From Zygophlyctis sp. KS116 (Eukaryota > Fungi > Chytridiomycota): DNA of 13,109 nucleotides. Of this stretch, positions 8,727-13,109 are shown one piece after another; the stretch's first letter is position 1, and every line of letters begins with the position of its first letter. Location: contig BAAFSQ010000278.1 in the NCBI GenBank assembly GCA_054661495.1, positions 1 through 13,109 of the forward strand, given 5' to 3'. The translations under genes and the position numbers were made by a program. The notes beneath the pieces are model-generated. The model saw only the letters and a program-made list of their open reading frames with translations, ran no database searches and was not told the DNA's origin.

Positions 8727-9331
8727 ATGGAGCAAATGACAAAATACTTTTCTTCTTTTCTAGAACCAAAAGATGATCAAACTCTACATGATCAATGCAA
8801 TCGTTGGAAATCTAGACTATTTACTTCTTCTCCAGCAATTATTTTCATGTTGAAACAATTAGAAAGAGTCGGTTGTAAATTGAACGATTCACATTTTTTA
8901 TGCTCAAATTGTGATTTGTCAAGATCCGGTGGATTCATACCATCTCATGGAATTCTACTATGTCAAAATAGATTAATCTCTAGGCAGCATTTGGAAGATA
9001 CATTAACTCATGAACTTGTACATGCTTTTGATCATTGTACTACAACTGTAGATTGGAATGATTGTAGACAATTGGCATGCTCTGAAATTCGTGCTGTTTC
9101 ATTGTCTGGAGAATGTAAATTCTTAAAGGAATTTAAAAGAGGAAATTATGGCATTGCTAAACAGCATCAGGTAATTTCTTTAAATATAAATAGTAGTCAT
9201 GTGTTAAAAGAAGAGCATTAATTGGAATTTCAGCTAATCCTGCTTGTGTAGGAAGTATTGGAGAATCAGCTTTAGAAAGTGTATTTGATGCATGTTTTGC
9301 TGATACAACACCATTTGATGAGATTTATTAA
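8727..9331 (+). CDS. ATP23: Mitochondrial metalloprotease Atp23 (peptidase M76), 192 aa
   Basis: Exons 8727-9170 and 9197-9331; 26-nt intron 9171-9196. Motifs GGF...GILLCQN, EDTLTHELVHAFD, LACSEIRA.SLSGEC, CVKRRA and C-terminal CFADTTPFDEIY. Confidence 0.95.
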
Positions 9332-9364
9332 AATTAAGAAAAGATATAAATTATGCATCATGGA

Positions 9365-9829
9365 TTAATCAGAAATTTCAGAATTTAATTCAGTTTCAAA
9401 ACATTTTCCCCACATTAGATCTACTGAATTATAACATTTAGGATCCATTCTAGTAGACAGATTTGCTTTTCTCTTTACACATTTCTTAAAGTCTGGCCAA
9501 TTTCCCCGAAGAAATTCATTCAATAGAGAACATTCATTAGAAAACTTTGCAGCTCTGATTTCAGTGCATGCTCTAAACAAACAAGGATCGTCAAAGGATG
9601 CTTCATATTTTGAATCCGATGCATGTACCGCTTCATGTTTTAAGACTTGATTAAATAGGAATCGGAGTGGAAGATTATTTTCACATAGAATTATTCTTCT
9701 TGTTGAATTATCAAAAGCTCCCTTAAAATCACAGAAATTGCATTCTATTTTTACATCTTTAGGAATCAAATTTCTGATCTCTGGATCTTTTAGAGCCTCT
9801 TGTATCCATGTCTGACACTTTGCACTCAT
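9365..9829 (-). CDS. Divergent Atp23-like (peptidase M76) paralog, 154 aa
   Basis: Intronless. GAFD...IILCENN, VLKHEAVHASD, RACTEIRAA..SNEC and CVKRKA align by eye with the adjacent ATP23. Confidence 0.85.
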   Translation of the reverse strand: MSAKCQTWIQEALKDPEIRNLIPKDVKIECNFCDFKGAFDNSTRRIILCENNLPLRFLFNQVLKHEAVHASDSKYEASFDDPCLFRACTEIRAAKFSNECSLLNEFLRGNWPDFKKCVKRKANLSTRMDPKCYNSVDLMWGKCFETELNSEISD

Positions 9830-9875
9830 CCGATGGTCGTTTTTGTGTTTCAGGTCTGGGTTCTACGCGTTGGTG

Positions 9876-9892
9876 ACGCGACCGTGTCAAGA
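9876..9892. promoter_or_regulatory. Candidate promoter element ACGCGACCGTGTCAAGA, copy 2
   Basis: Exact 17-bp match to 300-316, inside a 62-bp divergent gap and preceded by ACGCGT at 9865-9870. Confidence 0.55.
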
Positions 9893-10988
9893 TGAAACCA
9901 TGGCTCCGCAATCTATTCTATTCTTGGGTATATTACTCTCTACTAGCAAGAATCATATACAAACTATACAAATGGATTAGTAAGTATATAAGGGGGTCTT
10001 CAGAGCTATATAGAATTGCTGATTTTTTCTTAAAATCTCAAAAATCCTCAAATGTGGGATCTGTTCAGTCAATTGTAATTTCTGGTGATCAAACGGTGAT
10101 TTCTGAATGGAGAGATGGGTTAGGAAGGCGACTGAATGCTCCTAAATTAGATGCATTTACTATATTAAGAGTAGATCAGTCGATTTTATTTTCTACAAAA
10201 TTATTTAGTGAACGGAGAGAGTTGGAATCTCGATATCAAAGGCTAGATATAGCAATTCAACCAATACTATCTAAAAAAGGATTTAATTGTGATATTTCAA
10301 AACCTTCTCCTCATGCAGTAGTAATAGTAGCTGCATTAAGTAAAATTGCATCAGTCCATCAATTACTTCATGCATTAAATGCAAAGGCAGGAACAAAATA
10401 TGATTTTGAAAATTCTGCTCATGAAAGGAAATTAAAAGAACTTTGGGAATTAATGATGCCACATGAAGTATTATCAGATAGAATTTCTAGTCAATGGACT
10501 AAAATTGGATTTCAAGGAAAGGATCCAGCAACAGATTTTAGAGGGATGGGAATTTTAGGATTAGAAAATCTACATTATTTAGCAAAACATTATCCAGAAA
10601 CTACAGCAAGGATATTAGATTCTTCAAATCATCAAACTTCTGGATTTTCAATGGCAATAGTTGGTATTAATCTAACTCAAATTTCTTTAAATTTATTTAG
10701 AAGTCGAGAACTATACTATCATTTTTATGTCTCTGGTGTTAATATTGAAGCTTTTCATGAATTTTATTGTATATTAAGATTTTATTAACGAAAATAGGTT
10801 ATCTTTTTGACCAATTTGAACAGTTATGGAGCTCTGAGACTGGGCATACAGTCTTGGATTTTGATAGGATCTCAAAGGAATTATTAAAAAGACTAAGAAG
10901 GCATTTATTAGAAGGATTGGAGTGTGTATTGATCAGTGATGGTAAACAAGAACCACCAAAATCTGTTTCTTTTAAGAAAAATATATAA
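9892..10988 (+). CDS. ELMO-domain (ELMOD family) ARL/ARF GTPase-activating protein, 355 aa
   Basis: Exons 9892-10768 and 10798-10988; 29-nt intron 10769-10797. Signature WTKIGFQGKDPATDFRGMGILGLENL, plus AIVGINLT and FHEFYCYLF. Hydrophobic N-terminus. Confidence 0.93.
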
Positions 10989-11081
10989 CATTAAGACTGC
11001 ATTTCTGTATTTTTTAATGCATACTTATTACCAGTTCTATTACAGATTTTTGGCAGAAAATTGAAAAATGTCCGAACTTTT

Positions 11082-11718
11082 ATGAAAGTAAATTGGGAAT
11101 TCCTGACGCATTTCCACATTGATCCAAAGTATGGATTATTGAATGCAAGATCCGCGTTACTCATACAGGAATGCTTTGATTTATTAGATTGGAGAGGGTC
11201 TGGATCTTTAGATGACATACAATTTTCAGTATTTTTAACCTCTGTAACAAATCTTGATTCTGCGCAAGCTATTAAAATCTTTGACTTGTTTGATTTAGAT
11301 GGGTAATTTATCTTTAGCTAATGATAGATCTGGAGGCGTAGAATCCGAAGAGTTTTTCTTATTGATTTGTATTTTAGTAGCTGTAAAAGATAATATGGGT
11401 AAAACATTTATGTTCCAAAATTGGCGAACATGTTTTCAGATTCTTGATGCAGATGGATCCAAAGATGTAAGTAAGAATGAATTTGAAACTCTTGGATTTC
11501 TTCTTAATTTTACTCCGGCCGCTATACGAAGGATTTATGCTGAATTTGATATTTCTGGAAAATCTGAATTAAGTTATGAAGATTTTGAATTATTTGTACT
11601 AGCTGCAATTGAACTTCAAGCAACTTTAGATAAACAACAACAGGCTCAACAAGTTCAGACACCCTCCAATTTTCTAGAAAAGACATACAAGTATATTTAT
11701 GACCTATGGAAAACATGA
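11082..11718 (+). CDS. EFCAB9: EF-hand calcium-binding protein, EFCAB9-like, 203 aa
   Basis: Exons 11082-11302 and 11328-11718; 25-nt intron 11303-11327. Four EF-hand-like loops (DWRGSGSLDDIQ, DLDGSGGVESEE, DADGSKDVSKNE, DISGKSELSYED). The non-loop segments match EFCAB9 as I recall it: HID..Y.LL..R, FL..VT.L...Q...FD, F.LLICIL.A, FM......F.ILD, FL.N. Confidence 0.8.
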
Positions 11719-11720
11719 AT

Positions 11721-12275
11721 TTATTCTTTATTATTTCGATTTGGAGAATGAGAATTGGATCTTTTACTTGAAACTGATCTTGTCCGACCTCTTGAGTATC
11801 TGGGCGGTGATTTCCTAAATCTTCCTGGAGAACGATATCTTCTAGGCGAAGGAGATCGTCTTCTATAATTCCTAGAGTCAAATCTGTCTGGTGATCTTGA
11901 TCTGTAACGACTATATGATCCTCTTGGGGGTGAGTCATATCGACGTCTTGGAGAAGGTGAGTACCGTCTCTTCATTTCTCTTGGAGTTTTCCGATCTCCT
12001 TTTGCCCATTCAAGAACTGCTTGACGACCTCCAATCTCCAAATATTCAATCTTATCCATGGCTTTTTCTGCATCTTCCTGATTTTCATATTCCACATAAG
12101 CAAAACCTCTAGATTTGTTTGTAGTATAGTCTCTAGGAACATAAATGTCATATACTGGACCATATTTTTCAAACACTGCTTTTAAATCTTGAGTTTCTGT
12201 CTCAAAACTGATCCCTCTGATAAAAATAGAATTGGCTCTCTTCTTTGAGCCTTCTGATCTCTCTGATCCCATCAT
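11721..12275 (-). CDS. SR splicing factor with one RRM and an RS domain, SRSF10/SRSF12/Srp1-like, 184 aa
   Basis: RRM with DIYVPRDY and RNP1 RGFAYVEY. The post-RRM AKGDRKTPREMK motif is characteristic of the SRSF10/SCL group. RS/SP-rich tail. Confidence 0.9.
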   Translation of the reverse strand: MMGSERSEGSKKRANSIFIRGISFETETQDLKAVFEKYGPVYDIYVPRDYTTNKSRGFAYVEYENQEDAEKAMDKIEYLEIGGRQAVLEWAKGDRKTPREMKRRYSPSPRRRYDSPPRGSYSRYRSRSPDRFDSRNYRRRSPSPRRYRSPGRFRKSPPRYSRGRTRSVSSKRSNSHSPNRNNKE

Positions 12276-12485
12276 CAGTTGATTTTTTGCAATTTTTTTC
12301 TGTTTTATAAAATTTTACCAGAAATCGGACACTGAAACGCACTCGGTATTTCTAGTGTCAGAGACTCTTATAACTTTAAATCCATTTCAGACTTGAATGC
12401 TGTTCAGTAATATCACCGTACGCAATTTTTTGGGAAAATCAAGAATCAAATTTATCGACTCTAATGCAGTAACGTTTATTCACTT

Positions 12486-13106
12486 TTAAAAAAGCAAGAA
12501 AGCGAGTAATCCGGCAATTCCAAAACAGGACAAGGTACCTGCAGAGCCTACTACTATATCGCTTTCTATGGCGAGATAAGTAGTAGTAGTTTGTTCAACT
12601 TTGGAAGTAGTAGTTTGTACAACTTTGGAAGAAGTGTAGGTACTAGGCACCAGATCAGTTGAGTAATCCACTACAATGCGTGTTGTGCTGGTTGATACAG
12701 TGACAGCAGTGCGAGTTGCTACGATGGATGAAACTCTCGTTGTTACACTTGGCCTTTGACAAACTCCTGGAAGACCAGGAAGTTCGTTAACTATTTTGGG
12801 AAATACACAGATGAGCCCATTCTTGCAATACTTAACATTTTCAGGACGAGCTTTAGCTTCACACCATTTACCTTGGCCGACAATATTGGCAGTCCTTCGG
12901 CATTTTCCTGACAAATCAGCAATAATTGGACCATTTGGAACTTGAGTAGGTTTTAAACAAGTAAGACCAGTGTCACATATTCTAGGGACTTGAGTAAAGC
13001 CACCACATGATTCCCCCTCGCCAACAATCACTGTGTCTCGTGGAAGAATTAAAGACTGGCTGACTTGGAAGAAGGCAATCATCAATAGGCAGATTTCAGA
13101 TTTCAT
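12486..13106 (-). CDS. Secreted Cys-rich, Ser/Thr-rich, probably GPI-anchored surface protein, 206 aa
   Basis: N-terminal signal peptide, two 4-Cys repeats (VGEGESCGG...C.TGLTC...GKC and VGQGKWC...C.NGLIC...GVC), a Thr/Ser stalk and a hydrophobic C-terminal tail (FGIAGLLAFLLF). Confidence 0.82.
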   Translation of the reverse strand: MKSEICLLMIAFFQVSQSLILPRDTVIVGEGESCGGFTQVPRICDTGLTCLKPTQVPNGPIIADLSGKCRRTANIVGQGKWCEAKARPENVKYCKNGLICVFPKIVNELPGLPGVCQRPSVTTRVSSIVATRTAVTVSTSTTRIVVDYSTDLVPSTYTSSKVVQTTTSKVEQTTTTYLAIESDIVVGSAGTLSCFGIAGLLAFLLF

Positions 13107-13109
13107 TTT

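Noticed and set aside
9876-9892. 17-bp motif as a relict spliced leader (ends in TCAAG next to an ATG)
   Set aside because: Similarity to the dinoflagellate leader is limited to a few bases, the 300-316 copy is 110 nt from the next ATG, and no SL RNA gene is visible.
10991-12172. ORFs 10991-11218, 11522-11938, 11891-12112 and 11972-12172
   Set aside because: Alternative-frame or antisense shadows of the EFCAB9-like and SR genes.

Overview
AT-rich, very gene-dense eukaryotic DNA with 14 protein-coding genes in 13.1 kb, the first truncated by the window edge. Gene content (Zn2Cys6 factor, ENA-type P-ATPase, SVP26, EFCAB9-like flagellar protein) points to a zoosporic, chytrid-like fungus; this assignment is inference. 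The fragmented ORF track is explained by 18 hand-mapped GT-AG introns, all 24-30 nt long. Gene order: partial unknown (-), NAT3/NAA20 (+), small Zn2Cys6 TF (+), unknown basic protein (+), SVP26 (-), ENA-type ATPase with 10 introns (+), F-box/ankyrin protein (+), HExxH protein (-), ATP23 (+), a divergent intronless ATP23 paralog (-), ELMO-domain protein (+), EFCAB9-like EF-hand protein (+), SRSF10-like SR protein (-), and a secreted Cys-rich GPI-anchored protein (-). Most notable are the EFCAB9-like gene (a CatSper Ca2+ sensor in animals), the tail-to-tail ATP23 pair within a run of three HExxH genes, the uniformly ultrashort introns, and an exact 17-bp motif shared by two divergent promoters. 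Family calls come from motif recognition only; no searches were run.
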